The notes: generated from the sequence alone by a model not told the origin. A stretch of 32,000 bases of DNA from Cupriavidus necator (GCF_016127575.1 NZ_CP066019.1:1740001-1772000); one strand, 5' to 3'; counted from the first letter of the stretch, positions 18,474 through 27,833 are shown. Program-made: numbers and translations.

Positions 18474-18950
18474 ATGAATGCTGTTTCCGCGATTTCCACA
18501 CGTGTCATCGCCATTGCCACGGCAAGCGCCATCTCAGGATGCGCGATCCCTACCTCTGAGACCTGGCATCCGTTCCAGGAGCCCTGGCCGTGGACGAAAA
18601 TCGTCACTGTCAACCGGACCGATCATGACGTGCTGGCACTACGCGCCGGCCCTTGCGAGACCGGACCCGCGTCGTGGCGCTCGCTGTCGGCACCCTCCTT
18701 CTGCTTCCTTGGCACCAAGCCGGAGGGGCCCATCGCGATAACCTGGAGCGATGCCATAGCCGGCACGGAATCCCATGCCGCATCCGAACAGGGCGAACTG
18801 CTTGCCTCGACGGCACCCCTGCCACGCCTTTGGCGGGAAAAGCCTCATGCGGGCGAAGCCATCGGCAACTTCCTCTGCGTGGTCCTACGCAATGATGCGC
18901 GGGTGGACGTTGCCGTTACCGCCAGCGCAGAAGCTTGCGCCGTTCTTTAG
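18474..18950 (+). CDS. hypothetical lipoprotein
   Basis: Lipobox AISGC at residues 19-23. GC3 is moderately high. No SD and no family recognised. Confidence 0.5.
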   Translation: MNAVSAISTRVIAIATASAISGCAIPTSETWHPFQEPWPWTKIVTVNRTDHDVLALRAGPCETGPASWRSLSAPSFCFLGTKPEGPIAITWSDAIAGTESHAASEQGELLASTAPLPRLWREKPHAGEAIGNFLCVVLRNDARVDVAVTASAEACAVL

Positions 18951-19060
18951 GACGCCTCTGACAAGTTGCTCGGCGAGGTAGACCGGCTGCCGCCAGCCCG
19001 GTCCACATTCCGCGGTGCCGCCGTGCACACGGCAAGAGCAAGACTTCTACGACTGCTCAT
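18947..19060 (-). CDS. candidate 37-aa small lipoprotein ORF
   Basis: AGGAG lies 5 nt upstream of the ATG at 19060. Sequence MSSRRSLALAVC-TAAP... (basic n-region, hydrophobic core, Cys). Too short for coding statistics. Its 3' end overlaps the convergent lipoprotein gene by 4 nt. Confidence 0.25.
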   Translation of the reverse strand: MSSRRSLALAVCTAAPRNVDRAGGSRSTSPSNLSEAS

Positions 19061-19175
19061 GAACTCTCCTGAGAAGGTGCCAGTCCGGGGCATGGCGCTA
19101 TCATTCCCCGGTGGCGGGGATTCGCGCCTCGGTGCGGCGGCAATCAGCGCCAGCCAATGCGCCCGGCCGGGGCAC

Positions 19176-19203
19176 AGAGAAAAATACCCGCCGTACAGGC
19201 GGG
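19176..19203 (-). terminator. rho-independent terminator of the two-component operon
   Basis: Minus strand reads CCCGCC-tgtac-GGCGGG followed by TATTTTTCTCT, about 113 nt downstream of the kinase stop at 19316. Confidence 0.6.
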
Positions 19204-19315
19204 CGAACCAAGGCCCTCGCAACGGGGCAGTACCCAAGACGAGTGGTGCCTTAAGCAGGCATCCAGCCTTCCCCCCAATGCTGACCGTGCGTAGGTGTGT
19301 TCACAATCATAGAAG

Positions 19316-22309
19316 TTAGAAGGCCAGCGGACGAGAACCGCAGGCGACCTCGTTCTCACCACGCCCGCGCTCGCATACGCTCATCAGGCCTTGAGCGATG
19401 AAGGCGGACTGCAGTTCGATCTCATCGTCCCAGCGTTTGGCTTCAGCCACGTGGCCGTGCAGGTCAGCGCAGAGTTCGGACAGTCCTGAGCGCCCCACGA
19501 CCCCGAGCGTCCCCGCGATTCGATGCAGCAGCCGTTCCAGGTGGCGGATGTCTCGCGCTGCCCGGACCGCCTCGAATTCGTTCAGGTCCACCATGGTCTG
19601 CGCCAGGAACGCTTCGGCGTATTCTTCGGCGACCGACGGCAGCTCAGGCAGATCGTCATCGGTTAGCAGCACTGGCGCCGCCCCATCATCCGTACGTGGC
19701 GGGTCGGCCTTGGCGGCAACAGCATCGAGCACCGAAGCCAGCGTCGCCAGCGACACCGGTTTCGTGAGATAGCCGGTAAATCCGCTTGCCAGCCCCTCGG
19801 TAACATCCTTCGGTCTCGCGCTTGCGCTTACGGCATAGACAGGTATCTCCGGCCAGCACCGCCTGATTTCACGAAGCAGGTCGAATCCATTCATTACGGG
19901 CATGTCCACATCCGTCAGCACTGCATGCACGCCCTGTTCCGACAACACTGCCAGGGCCTCGTTGCCGTTGCCTGCTTCGATAACGCTCGCACCTAACAGG
20001 TGAAGCTGGTCGCGCAGCAGTTTCCTGTTCAGCAGATTGTCTTCCGCGACCAACACGGAAAGGCCCGCGAACGGCGCTGCGGACTGATCGTGTATGGCAG
20101 CCACGACACGATCTTCGTCGACAAGCCTGGTCTCCGGAGCATTATTGAGGACCGCCTGTGCAGCGGCATGGATACCGGCCAGGCTGTAGGCAGACACCTC
20201 CCGGCTGCCATCCGGCCGTATGGTCGGGACGAGCGGGCCCAGTTGCTTGAGCCATACGATAGTGGCGGGGTTCCGCCACCACGCCATGACTTGGGCCGGA
20301 TCCAAGGACTCGGTCACGAGCAGGCAGTCGAACCTGTCCCCGTCAATGGGCTCGTCGATGCTGGAACGAAAAAATGGCTGTGATGATCCCCAGTCGAAAT
20401 GGTTCAGCATTCCTTCGAGGCACTCTGGCTCACGGGACAGGACCAGCGCGCGGCGCGGCGCCAGGCGCCATTGCGCCGGGGTCTGATGCCCGCCCGGCGG
20501 GCTGAGCGGCAGGCGAACCGTGACGCGCGTGCCAACGCCTAGTACGCTGTCCAGCGTGATACGTCCGTTCATCCGCTCCACCAGCCGCATGCAGATTGAC
20601 AGTCCAAGCCCGGTCCCGCCGGCCTGCGCGAGACGATTGTTGCCGATCTGGGAGAATGGCTGAAACAGCCGTTCCTTATACTCCTCCGGTATGCCAACGC
20701 CGGTATCGGTGATGACGATCTCAAGGTTTTCATCCACCCATTGCGCGCGCAGGACAATCTTCCCCGCCTCGGTGAATTTGAACGCGTTACCAAGCAGGTT
20801 GTTGATGATCTGTGTCAGGCGCACCGGGTCAAGATTGAGCCGCGCCGGAATCTCCTTGCCATACACCGCGAAGAAGCTCAGCCCACGCCGCGCCGCAAGC
20901 GGCGCGTGCGAGATTGCAATGCGACCCAGGAGTTCCGTGACGACGACAGGCTCCTCCGCAAGACGCATCGCTCCCACGTCGAGCTTCGAAAAATCGAGCA
21001 CGTCATTGACGATCTGCAGCAACCCTTCGGCCGACACCTGCATGGAGCTTACCCGCGCCCGCTGCTCCGGCTCCAGCCTACCGAGGGCCACGAGCTCCAT
21101 GTTTCCCAGCAGCGAGGAAAGCGGCGTCCGTATCTCGTGGCTCATCGAAGCAAAGAACGCCACCTTGGCCTTGGCCGCAGCCTCGCTGGCAAGTCTCGCT
21201 TCGTGCAACAGCTGCTGTGCGCGTGCCGCTTCGGCATATGTGCCGGTCAGGAAGCGATAGTTCCAGTATCGATACATCGCGAATAGCAAGGCGAGAAGCG
21301 CGGCCGTAATCAGGCCGGTAACGAGCAGTTCCTCCCGCATTTCCCGGAACTGCTGCCCTAGCGGCAGTGCGAAGACCAGGTGGCCGAAATCCGCAATGAG
21401 CGGCGGGCGCCGCAGGGCCCATCCATAGTCCTGGACCCAATGAAACAGCCCCTCCGGAAGTCCCTCCAGCCTGGCGTCCAGGCGCCGTGCGTTGGCCCGT
21501 GCACCTGAAGCAACCAGTGGCGTGCCCAGGCGATCGACGACAATTGGCTCCGGGATCGACAAGGTCGGCCAGGCTGGCCGAAGCAAGTCTTGCAGCGGGA
21601 TCCGCGTCAACACGATGGCGTAGAGTGCGTCGCCTTTCGCGACCAGCGATGCGCCAACCATCTCCGGACTCCCTCCGGCTGCATTCGCCGGGATGCCCAG
21701 CCATACGACACGCTTCTCCCGCGCTGCCTGCAAGAGATCCATGTCGCGGCTCTGGAACCGCTCAAGAATCATCGTGGTGATGCTTGACGACGACAGCGGC
21801 GGAAGGGTCGCAGCCACGCCGAATCCCGATGCGTCGGGCGCTTCATACCGATACGTCGCCCCGTTCGCAATCGAGATCATTTCGATCGAAGGCTTCTGGC
21901 TTGCGGCAGTCAGCGTCCGGACAGCCTGGTCGCAACTCTGCTCCAACACCGGATCGGGAGGCGCAGACGGAGACACCTGTGTGCATAGACTGCCGGCATG
22001 CCCGCGCTGCGCCACGGGGACTTTGCCATTGCTGCGCAACTCAAGGATCAGGTTCGTCGCCGTCAGGGTGCTGCGGCGTTCGAGCACCGCATCGACGACG
22101 CCCTGCTCGTACAGGCGCGCGACCTGCTCCTGGGCGCGCAGGGATTCATTCAGGCGGGCAAGCATGGCTGCCGAAGCGATCGCGATGGCGACCAGCCCCA
22201 GCAGCAGGACCACCATCGAGAACACACGGCGCTCCCGCTGCAGATTCCGCTCAACCGAGTGATCGGCGTGTAGTGGCGATTGCTGCGAGCGCTCGCGCTC
22301 TTCCTGCAT
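19316..22309 (-). CDS. hybrid sensor histidine kinase (periplasmic sensor, HisKA, HATPase, degenerate receiver-like insert, REC, Hpt)
   Basis: TM1 MVVLLLGLVAIAIASAAML, then about 280 aa of periplasmic sequence, then TM2 LLVTGLITAALLALLFAMY. H-box SHEIRTPL, N-box NLLGNAFKFT, G-boxes DTGVGI and GTGLGLSI. REC VLVAEDN...AVLTDVDMPVMNG...LTKP. Hpt HRIAGTLGVVG. The ATG overlaps the regulator stop by 1 nt. Confidence 0.9.
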   Translation of the reverse strand: MQEERERSQQSPLHADHSVERNLQRERRVFSMVVLLLGLVAIAIASAAMLARLNESLRAQEQVARLYEQGVVDAVLERRSTLTATNLILELRSNGKVPVAQRGHAGSLCTQVSPSAPPDPVLEQSCDQAVRTLTAASQKPSIEMISIANGATYRYEAPDASGFGVAATLPPLSSSSITTMILERFQSRDMDLLQAAREKRVVWLGIPANAAGGSPEMVGASLVAKGDALYAIVLTRIPLQDLLRPAWPTLSIPEPIVVDRLGTPLVASGARANARRLDARLEGLPEGLFHWVQDYGWALRRPPLIADFGHLVFALPLGQQFREMREELLVTGLITAALLALLFAMYRYWNYRFLTGTYAEAARAQQLLHEARLASEAAAKAKVAFFASMSHEIRTPLSSLLGNMELVALGRLEPEQRARVSSMQVSAEGLLQIVNDVLDFSKLDVGAMRLAEEPVVVTELLGRIAISHAPLAARRGLSFFAVYGKEIPARLNLDPVRLTQIINNLLGNAFKFTEAGKIVLRAQWVDENLEIVITDTGVGIPEEYKERLFQPFSQIGNNRLAQAGGTGLGLSICMRLVERMNGRITLDSVLGVGTRVTVRLPLSPPGGHQTPAQWRLAPRRALVLSREPECLEGMLNHFDWGSSQPFFRSSIDEPIDGDRFDCLLVTESLDPAQVMAWWRNPATIVWLKQLGPLVPTIRPDGSREVSAYSLAGIHAAAQAVLNNAPETRLVDEDRVVAAIHDQSAAPFAGLSVLVAEDNLLNRKLLRDQLHLLGASVIEAGNGNEALAVLSEQGVHAVLTDVDMPVMNGFDLLREIRRCWPEIPVYAVSASARPKDVTEGLASGFTGYLTKPVSLATLASVLDAVAAKADPPRTDDGAAPVLLTDDDLPELPSVAEEYAEAFLAQTMVDLNEFEAVRAARDIRHLERLLHRIAGTLGVVGRSGLSELCADLHGHVAEAKRWDDEIELQSAFIAQGLMSVCERGRGENEVACGSRPLAF

Positions 22310-22959
22310 CAGGTAAGACCGTTGTCGCGTGCGTACGTGACAAGGTCCGCATTAGTGGTGATATTCAGCTTGCGCATTGCCGAGCGCTTCTGCGTCGCAA
22401 TGGTAGCGAGCGATCGATGGAGATATCCCGCGATTTCCGTGAGAGTGCTGCCAGTCGCGAACATCCGCACAACTTCGATCTCCCGCGGGGACAGCGGGCT
22501 TGCCGTGCCGTTGACCAACGCCCCCGCACTTGACATCCTGGCCGCTATGCCCGGTGACAGGCGCTGGCCAGTACCTGTTATTGCATCGACACAGATTTGC
22601 CTCAGGATGCCCGGCTCCTCGTTCTTCCCGACGATGGCCGCAACGCCCATCTCCTTGATGCGCGTGAGCAGTCCGCCATTGGTCAACATCGTGAAAACCA
22701 CGATCGGTGTATGTGGACGCGACTGCCTGAGCCGGTGGACCAGCCGAAGACCGTCATCATTGACGTGGGAACGCTCCATCGTGAAATCGGTGACGATAAG
22801 GTCAGGTTGTTGCGTTTGTAGCGCCGCAAAGAGCTCTTTTCCTGACGAGCATATTGCGGAAATCCGGACATTCGGGATCTCGCTCAAGGTGGCCTTGACT
22901 GCGAGTTGAATTACCGGGTGATCGTCTGCGATGACGACGGAGATGACAGGTGGCGGCAT
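22309..22959 (-). CDS. LuxR/NarL-family response regulator
   Basis: REC VVIADDHPVIQ...DLIVTDFTM...; C-terminal LuxR HTH LSPREIEVVRMFATGSTLTEIAGYLHRSLATIATQKRSAMRKL. I prefer the internal ATG at 22959 over the TTG at 23076. Confidence 0.9.
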   Translation of the reverse strand: MPPPVISVVIADDHPVIQLAVKATLSEIPNVRISAICSSGKELFAALQTQQPDLIVTDFTMERSHVNDDGLRLVHRLRQSRPHTPIVVFTMLTNGGLLTRIKEMGVAAIVGKNEEPGILRQICVDAITGTGQRLSPGIAARMSSAGALVNGTASPLSPREIEVVRMFATGSTLTEIAGYLHRSLATIATQKRSAMRKLNITTNADLVTYARDNGLT

Positions 22960-23269
22960 GCGCGTTAACTCAGACCGGCAGCACGCTTGTATGGATCGGG
23001 GCGACGTGCCCAACCGGCGGAACTGGCTGCATAGGGCACCGGATTCTACCAAGGGGCACTCACCTTCATTTGACAAAATGGGACATATATTTGGCTGATC
23101 GTCCCACGCGGAGTAATCGTACTGCGTCCCAGTCCAAAGCTCTTCCAGGCGCGATTCCTGTCTAACCGAGCACGCGAGGAGCTAGCGCAAAGGGCACGCG
23201 TTCATATAGATCACGTCAAGCGGAAGACATCACAGCAAGAGGCTTGCACCTGGCACTACTCTCGCTGCC

Positions 23270-23806
23270 CTAAAGCGCAAGCGTCACCACGCGCAGCGTG
23301 GCATCGTCTGGACACGCTAAATCGGCAAATCCAAAACGTTTAGCCAGTCGCCGCATGGCGGTATTCGACGACAAAACATAGCCTTCCATGCATCGATAGC
23401 CGCGGCTCCGAGCGATGTCGATCAGTGTGCCCAGCAGTCGGCTGGCCAGGCCGAGTCGATGCCAGTCATCGGCGACAGTCACCGCAAACTCGCAGGTATC
23501 GCTACCCGGCGCGGCGGCGTAGCGTGCGCCACCCACAATAGACGACACCTTGTTTTCCGTGGCAAGCGCTACCAGCGCAAACTCGCGCTCAGCCGACGGA
23601 TGCGTCGCTTGCTCGAGCATCGCTTCCGGCAGCTGTTGCATGGCAGCCATGAATCTGGCGTAACGCGCATCGGCAGAAAGTCTGTTAAATGCCGCTAACA
23701 GGCCGACCTTGTCGTCTTCGGTAATCTCCCGCACCAGCACTTCCCGTCCGTCGCACAGGGGCACGTTGTACGGGACGAAGTTTGTCACGTCAGACTTGGC
23801 TTGCAT
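23270..23806 (-). CDS. GNAT-family N-acetyltransferase, Pat-type GNAT domain standing alone
   Basis: VREITEDDKVGLLAAFNRLSADARYARF ... CEFAVTVADDWHRLGLASRLLGTLIDIARSRGY ... VLSSNTAMRRLAKRFGF is collinear with the C-terminal GNAT domain of Pat/PatZ-type protein acetyltransferases. Confidence 0.8.
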   Translation of the reverse strand: MQAKSDVTNFVPYNVPLCDGREVLVREITEDDKVGLLAAFNRLSADARYARFMAAMQQLPEAMLEQATHPSAEREFALVALATENKVSSIVGGARYAAAPGSDTCEFAVTVADDWHRLGLASRLLGTLIDIARSRGYRCMEGYVLSSNTAMRRLAKRFGFADLACPDDATLRVVTLAL

Positions 23807-24093
23807 GGCAACGGAGTCGTAAGGAATGAAAGCGAGCTCGTTGAATCACTCCCCCGCAGCATTTGATAATAGCTGATCCGGCGCAGTTTTCCCGATATCG
23901 AACATAGACGATTACGCACGACATCGCCGCCATCGAGCCGTATTGTCGCGCCAGTCCGACCGGAATCAATTTGCCCCCCGGTCTCCGCTACGAGCGCCTA
24001 GAATGCTGGGTGAGCCAAGACTCACAGAAGCTCGAATGGAAGTCGTTTCCGTGCCAAAGGTCCAAACACACATAATGAACTGAGGAGAGCGAC

Positions 24094-24456
24094 ATGACCG
24101 TGCGCAAATTGCCAGCAGTTGGTTTCGCAGTCCTGATGGGACTGATTTCTATAGGCGCGGCCGCCCAGCCGGCACAAGGATCCCAACAGGGAGCGGCGCC
24201 AGCCGAGGTGCCGAAAGCTCCCCCGACTACGGCCCAGGCCAAGGCTCTGATTGCCGAGCGATTCAAGGCTGCCGATTCCAATCATGACGGCAAGCTGACT
24301 CGTGACGAAGCTCAGGCGGGAATGCCAAAGGTCTACGAAAGTTTCGACAAGATCGACGTAAAAAAACAGGGTCACGTCACCGAGCGCCAGATCGGTTCCT
24401 ATTGGATGAAGAAGACCAAGGATCAGATGCAGAAGGAAGATCCGATCTGGAACTGA
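24094..24456 (+). CDS. secreted EF-hand calcium-binding protein
   Basis: GAGGAGAG SD. Signal peptide ending IGAAAQP. Canonical EF loop DSNHDGKLTRDE (24274..24309) plus a degenerate second loop DVKKQGHVTERQ. Confidence 0.75.
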   Translation: MTVRKLPAVGFAVLMGLISIGAAAQPAQGSQQGAAPAEVPKAPPTTAQAKALIAERFKAADSNHDGKLTRDEAQAGMPKVYESFDKIDVKKQGHVTERQIGSYWMKKTKDQMQKEDPIWN

Positions 24457-24775
24457 AGGAGTTGCAGCAATTCCTTGTACTGCTCATGGAATGATGGGGC
24501 GGGAGAAATAGAGTCGTACCTCTTGCCCCTTGAGGGCCTTGAGAGCGAGGCTGCCAGTCGGGGCTCCCAAACCTCGATGCCATGGCAAGGCATCATGCAT
24601 CCCCTCTTGAACCGGCTGGATGAGCCTTGTGCCGTCAACCCACTTTAGTTTCCTCGTGGAACCTTGGCTGGCTGATACGTTCACGCATAGTGGTCGCCCG
24701 ATGCCCGACGACTGAGTGCCGGCTAGACTCCGAGCGCCGCCCTTTTCCTCCCGCGATGTCAACGAGCGCTGCGTT

Positions 24776-25558
24776 TCACGCCATGATATTGACGCCGCCA
24801 TCCACATACAGCGTTTCGCCCGACAGCCGCCGGGCGTAAGGCGTGGCCAGGAAGGCGCAGGTGTATCCCACATCCATAATATCGACCAGCTCGCCAAGTG
24901 GAGCGCGTTCCACAGCGTCAGCAAGCATCAAATCGAAGCTCTTAAGCCCGGACGCAGCGCGGGTCTGCAGCGGCCCGGGCGAGATCGCATGCACGCGAAT
25001 GCCGCGCGGGCCCAACTCGTACGCCAGGTAGCGTGATACGGCTTCCAGGGCGGCTTTCACCGGGCCCATGACGTTGTAGTTCGGCACCACCTTGTTGGCG
25101 CCGTGATAGCTCATGGTGAACATCGTGCCACCATCGCCCATCAGGGGCGCTGCCAGCCGGGCCATGCGCACGAAGGAGTGGCAGGACACATCCATGGCCT
25201 TGGCGAAGCCTTCGGCCGAACAATTGAGCAGGCCGCCCTGCAGATCGTCTTTCGGCGCCCAGGCCACCGAATGCACCAGGATATCGAGCTTTCCCCACTG
25301 CTCCCCGATCCGCGCAAACAACTCGTCCATTTCCTTCTGGCTCGTGACATCCAGGGGGAGGAAGATGGAAGCGTCAAGCTCCTGCGCCACCGGCTCGACA
25401 AACTGGCGCGCCTTTTCGCTGGCATAGGTAATCGCCACCTCGGCACCCAGTTCGCGGAAGGCCTTGGCGCACCCGTAAGCAATGGAGTGCTCGTTCGCAA
25501 TCCCGCAGACGAGTGCGCGGGCGTTGGCGAGGATAGGCAGTTGTTGCGCTGCAGTCAT
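24776..25558 (-). CDS. fabI: enoyl-[ACP] reductase, FabI type (SDR)
   Basis: ALVCGIANEHSIAYGCAKAF, the Y-x6-K motif in YNVMGPVKAALE, and AISPGPLQTRAASG. ATG at 25558 with AGGAGAG upstream. The upstream in-frame extension of the ORF was rejected. Confidence 0.9.
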   Translation of the reverse strand: MTAAQQLPILANARALVCGIANEHSIAYGCAKAFRELGAEVAITYASEKARQFVEPVAQELDASIFLPLDVTSQKEMDELFARIGEQWGKLDILVHSVAWAPKDDLQGGLLNCSAEGFAKAMDVSCHSFVRMARLAAPLMGDGGTMFTMSYHGANKVVPNYNVMGPVKAALEAVSRYLAYELGPRGIRVHAISPGPLQTRAASGLKSFDLMLADAVERAPLGELVDIMDVGYTCAFLATPYARRLSGETLYVDGGVNIMA

Positions 25559-25634
25559 GTCACTCTCTCCTGGATTCATTGTTGCCAGCGAGCGGTCGCT
25601 ACCATGCCGCTGGCTTGGTCGGCTGTAGCGGTGG

Positions 25635-26825
25635 TCATCGAGCGGGTGCCGCCAGGACCTCCCGGGTATGCCTGGCAATCATCAGTTCCTCGTTGGTCGG
25701 GATGACCCAGACCGGGACATTGCCCGAGGCTAAGCTGATGCGCGGTCCGTCGCTGGCGTTCGCCGCGGGATCGACACTCACCCCCAGCCATGCCGCCAGC
25801 CGGCATACGCGCTCGCGGATCGGCGCGGCATGCTCGCCGATGCCAGCGGTGAAGACCAGCGCGTCCAGCCCCTGTGCGGCGGCGGCCAGCGAACCAAGCT
25901 CCCGGGCGACGCGGTACGTGTACAGTTCGACGGCAAAACGGGCCTGCACATCGTCGCTGGCGAGCAGCGCGCGCATGTCGCTCGACAGGCCGGAGACGCC
26001 AAGCAGACCGGATTTTCGATAGATCAGGTCCTCGATGGCGCGGGCATCCATGCCGAGTTCGCTGATCAGGTAGAGGATGACGCCCGGATCGAGGCTGCCG
26101 CAGCGAGTTCCCATCGGCAGGCCATCCACCGCAGTGAAGCCCATCGTGCTGGCCACGCTGCGCCCCGCCACCAGCGCACACATGCTGCTGCCGTTGCCGA
26201 GGTGGGCCACGATCGTGCGGCCCGCCGCTGCACCCGCATCAACGCTCGGGAGGACACTGGCGATGTACTCATAGGACAGTCCGTGGAAGCCGTAGCGCCT
26301 GACGCCGCGCGCGCTGATCTCCGCGGGCAATGCGAATGCCTGTGCCACTTCCGGCTGCGCCCGGTGGAAGGCGGTGTCGAAGCAGACTACTTGGGGCAGT
26401 TCCGGGCGCCTCTCGGCAAGGATGCGGATCGGTTTGAGGTTGTGTGGCTGGTGCAGGGGTGCGAGCGGGCATAGCGAGTCCAACTCTGCCAGTAGCGCGT
26501 CGGTCACCCTTTCCGGCTGGGTGAAGCGTACCCCGCCGTGCACCACCCGGTGCCCGACCGCGCTCAGCGTATGCCCTTCCCCATGGCCGCGCAGGAAGTC
26601 CGCCAGGAAGGCAATGGCACCCTCGTGCCCGAGCGTGGTACCGGCATCCCACCGCCTGGTCTCGACCTCAGCGCCCAAGGCGTCGGTGGCGTGGAATGCC
26701 GGTGCCGCGTAGAGACCTTCGATGCTCCCGCGCAGCACCAGCCTCAGTGCATCGTCATGGGTATTGTAAGCACAGTACTTGATGCTCGACGAACCCGCAT
26801 TCAGGACCAGGATCAGTTCGGCCAT
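25635..26825 (-). CDS. ackA: acetate/propionate-family kinase
   Basis: ILVLNAGSSSIKY N-terminus, VGHRVVHGG, RRYGFHGLSY, IVAHLGNGSS, FTAGIGEH: canonical AckA blocks. Starts 4 nt after the upstream stop. Confidence 0.9.
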   Translation of the reverse strand: MAELILVLNAGSSSIKYCAYNTHDDALRLVLRGSIEGLYAAPAFHATDALGAEVETRRWDAGTTLGHEGAIAFLADFLRGHGEGHTLSAVGHRVVHGGVRFTQPERVTDALLAELDSLCPLAPLHQPHNLKPIRILAERRPELPQVVCFDTAFHRAQPEVAQAFALPAEISARGVRRYGFHGLSYEYIASVLPSVDAGAAAGRTIVAHLGNGSSMCALVAGRSVASTMGFTAVDGLPMGTRCGSLDPGVILYLISELGMDARAIEDLIYRKSGLLGVSGLSSDMRALLASDDVQARFAVELYTYRVARELGSLAAAAQGLDALVFTAGIGEHAAPIRERVCRLAAWLGVSVDPAANASDGPRISLASGNVPVWVIPTNEELMIARHTREVLAAPAR

Positions 26826-26829
26826 GGCA

Positions 26830-27768
26830 TCACCCCGCCACCTGGCCGGACTCGCGGCGTGCCTTGGCCACCAGCGCGGCCACCGCGCACGACGCCAGCC
26901 GGGTCATGACCGAGTCGGCACGGCTGGTCAGGATGATGGGCACGCGCGCGCCCAGCACGATGCCTGCGGCGTCGGCGCCGGCCAGGAAGGTCAGGCTCTT
27001 GGCGAGCATGTTGCCGGCGTCCAGGTCAGGCACCAGCAGGACATTGGCGCGCCCGGCCACCGGTGAGTCGATCTTCTTGATCCGCGCCGCGTCCAGGTTG
27101 ATCGCGTTGTCCAGCGCAAGCGGTCCGTCGACGATCGCGCCGGTGATCTGGTGGCGGTCGACCATCTTGCACAGCGCGGCGGCATCCAGTGTGGACGGAA
27201 CCATCGGGTTGACGGTCTCCATCGCCGACAGGATCGCCACGCGGACCTCCTTGACCTGCAAGGCATGGGCCAGGTCGATCGCGTTTTGCAGGATGCCGGC
27301 CTTCTCGGCAAGCGTCGGGGCAATATTGACGGCAGCGTCGGTGATGATCAGAGCGTCCTCGTGGCCGGGCACATCCATCACGAAGCAGTGGCTGATGCGC
27401 CGGCCGGTGCGCAAGCCGCTGTTACCCGCGACCACGGCTCCCATCAGCTCATCGGTGTGCAGACTGCCCTTCATCAGAGCCTCTGCCTTGCTTTCGCGCA
27501 CCAGTTGCACTGCGGCAGCCGCCGCCGCATGGCTGTGCTCGGCATCGACAATCGGGTACTCGCGGATGTCAATGCCGGCCGCGCGCGCGGCGTCCTCGAT
27601 GCGGGAACGCGGCCCAACCAGGATCGGCGCGATCAGGCCCAGCCGGGCGGCCTCTACGGCGCCTTCCAGCGAAGACTGGTCGCACGGATGCGCCACCGCG
27701 GTCGGTGTAGGCGGCATGGCCTTGCAGTAATCAATCAGGCGCTGGTACTTCTCATGCTTGGCGTTCAC
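26830..27768 (-). CDS. short PTA_PTB-family phosphotransacylase (phosphate acetyl/butyryl-transferase)
   Basis: 312 aa with no N-terminal P-loop/DRTGG extension. The block VLLVPDLDAGNMLAKSL..GADAAGIVLGARVPIILTSRADS is typical of the family. GTG start with AGGAG 6 nt upstream. Confidence 0.85.
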   Translation of the reverse strand: MNAKHEKYQRLIDYCKAMPPTPTAVAHPCDQSSLEGAVEAARLGLIAPILVGPRSRIEDAARAAGIDIREYPIVDAEHSHAAAAAAVQLVRESKAEALMKGSLHTDELMGAVVAGNSGLRTGRRISHCFVMDVPGHEDALIITDAAVNIAPTLAEKAGILQNAIDLAHALQVKEVRVAILSAMETVNPMVPSTLDAAALCKMVDRHQITGAIVDGPLALDNAINLDAARIKKIDSPVAGRANVLLVPDLDAGNMLAKSLTFLAGADAAGIVLGARVPIILTSRADSVMTRLASCAVAALVAKARRESGQVAG

Positions 27769-27833
27769 GGGCTACTCCTGCGTCAGGGTCGTCGGTGTCG
27801 GTCGGCTGCGAGGCCTGTGCCAGCCGCGGCGCG

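Noticed and set aside
23043-23051. Possible extended -10 (TGGTAGAAT on the minus strand) for the response-regulator operon
   Set aside because: There is no acceptable -35 at 16-18 nt; TTGTCA lies 22 nt away. A promoter call from one hexamer is not supportable.
22960-23076. TTG-initiated 39-codon extension of the response regulator
   Set aside because: The Cys/Ser/Arg-rich extension lies in a low-GC region. The receiver domain starts right after the ATG at 22959.
24457-24775. 319-bp gap between the EF-hand gene and fabI, with short ORFs such as a GTG-initiated 66-aa minus frame ending ..GQEVRLYFSRPIIP
   Set aside because: There is no SD, only moderate GC3, no recognisable family, and no clear terminator hairpin. 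It may be a decayed gene remnant, but I cannot support that from the sequence alone.
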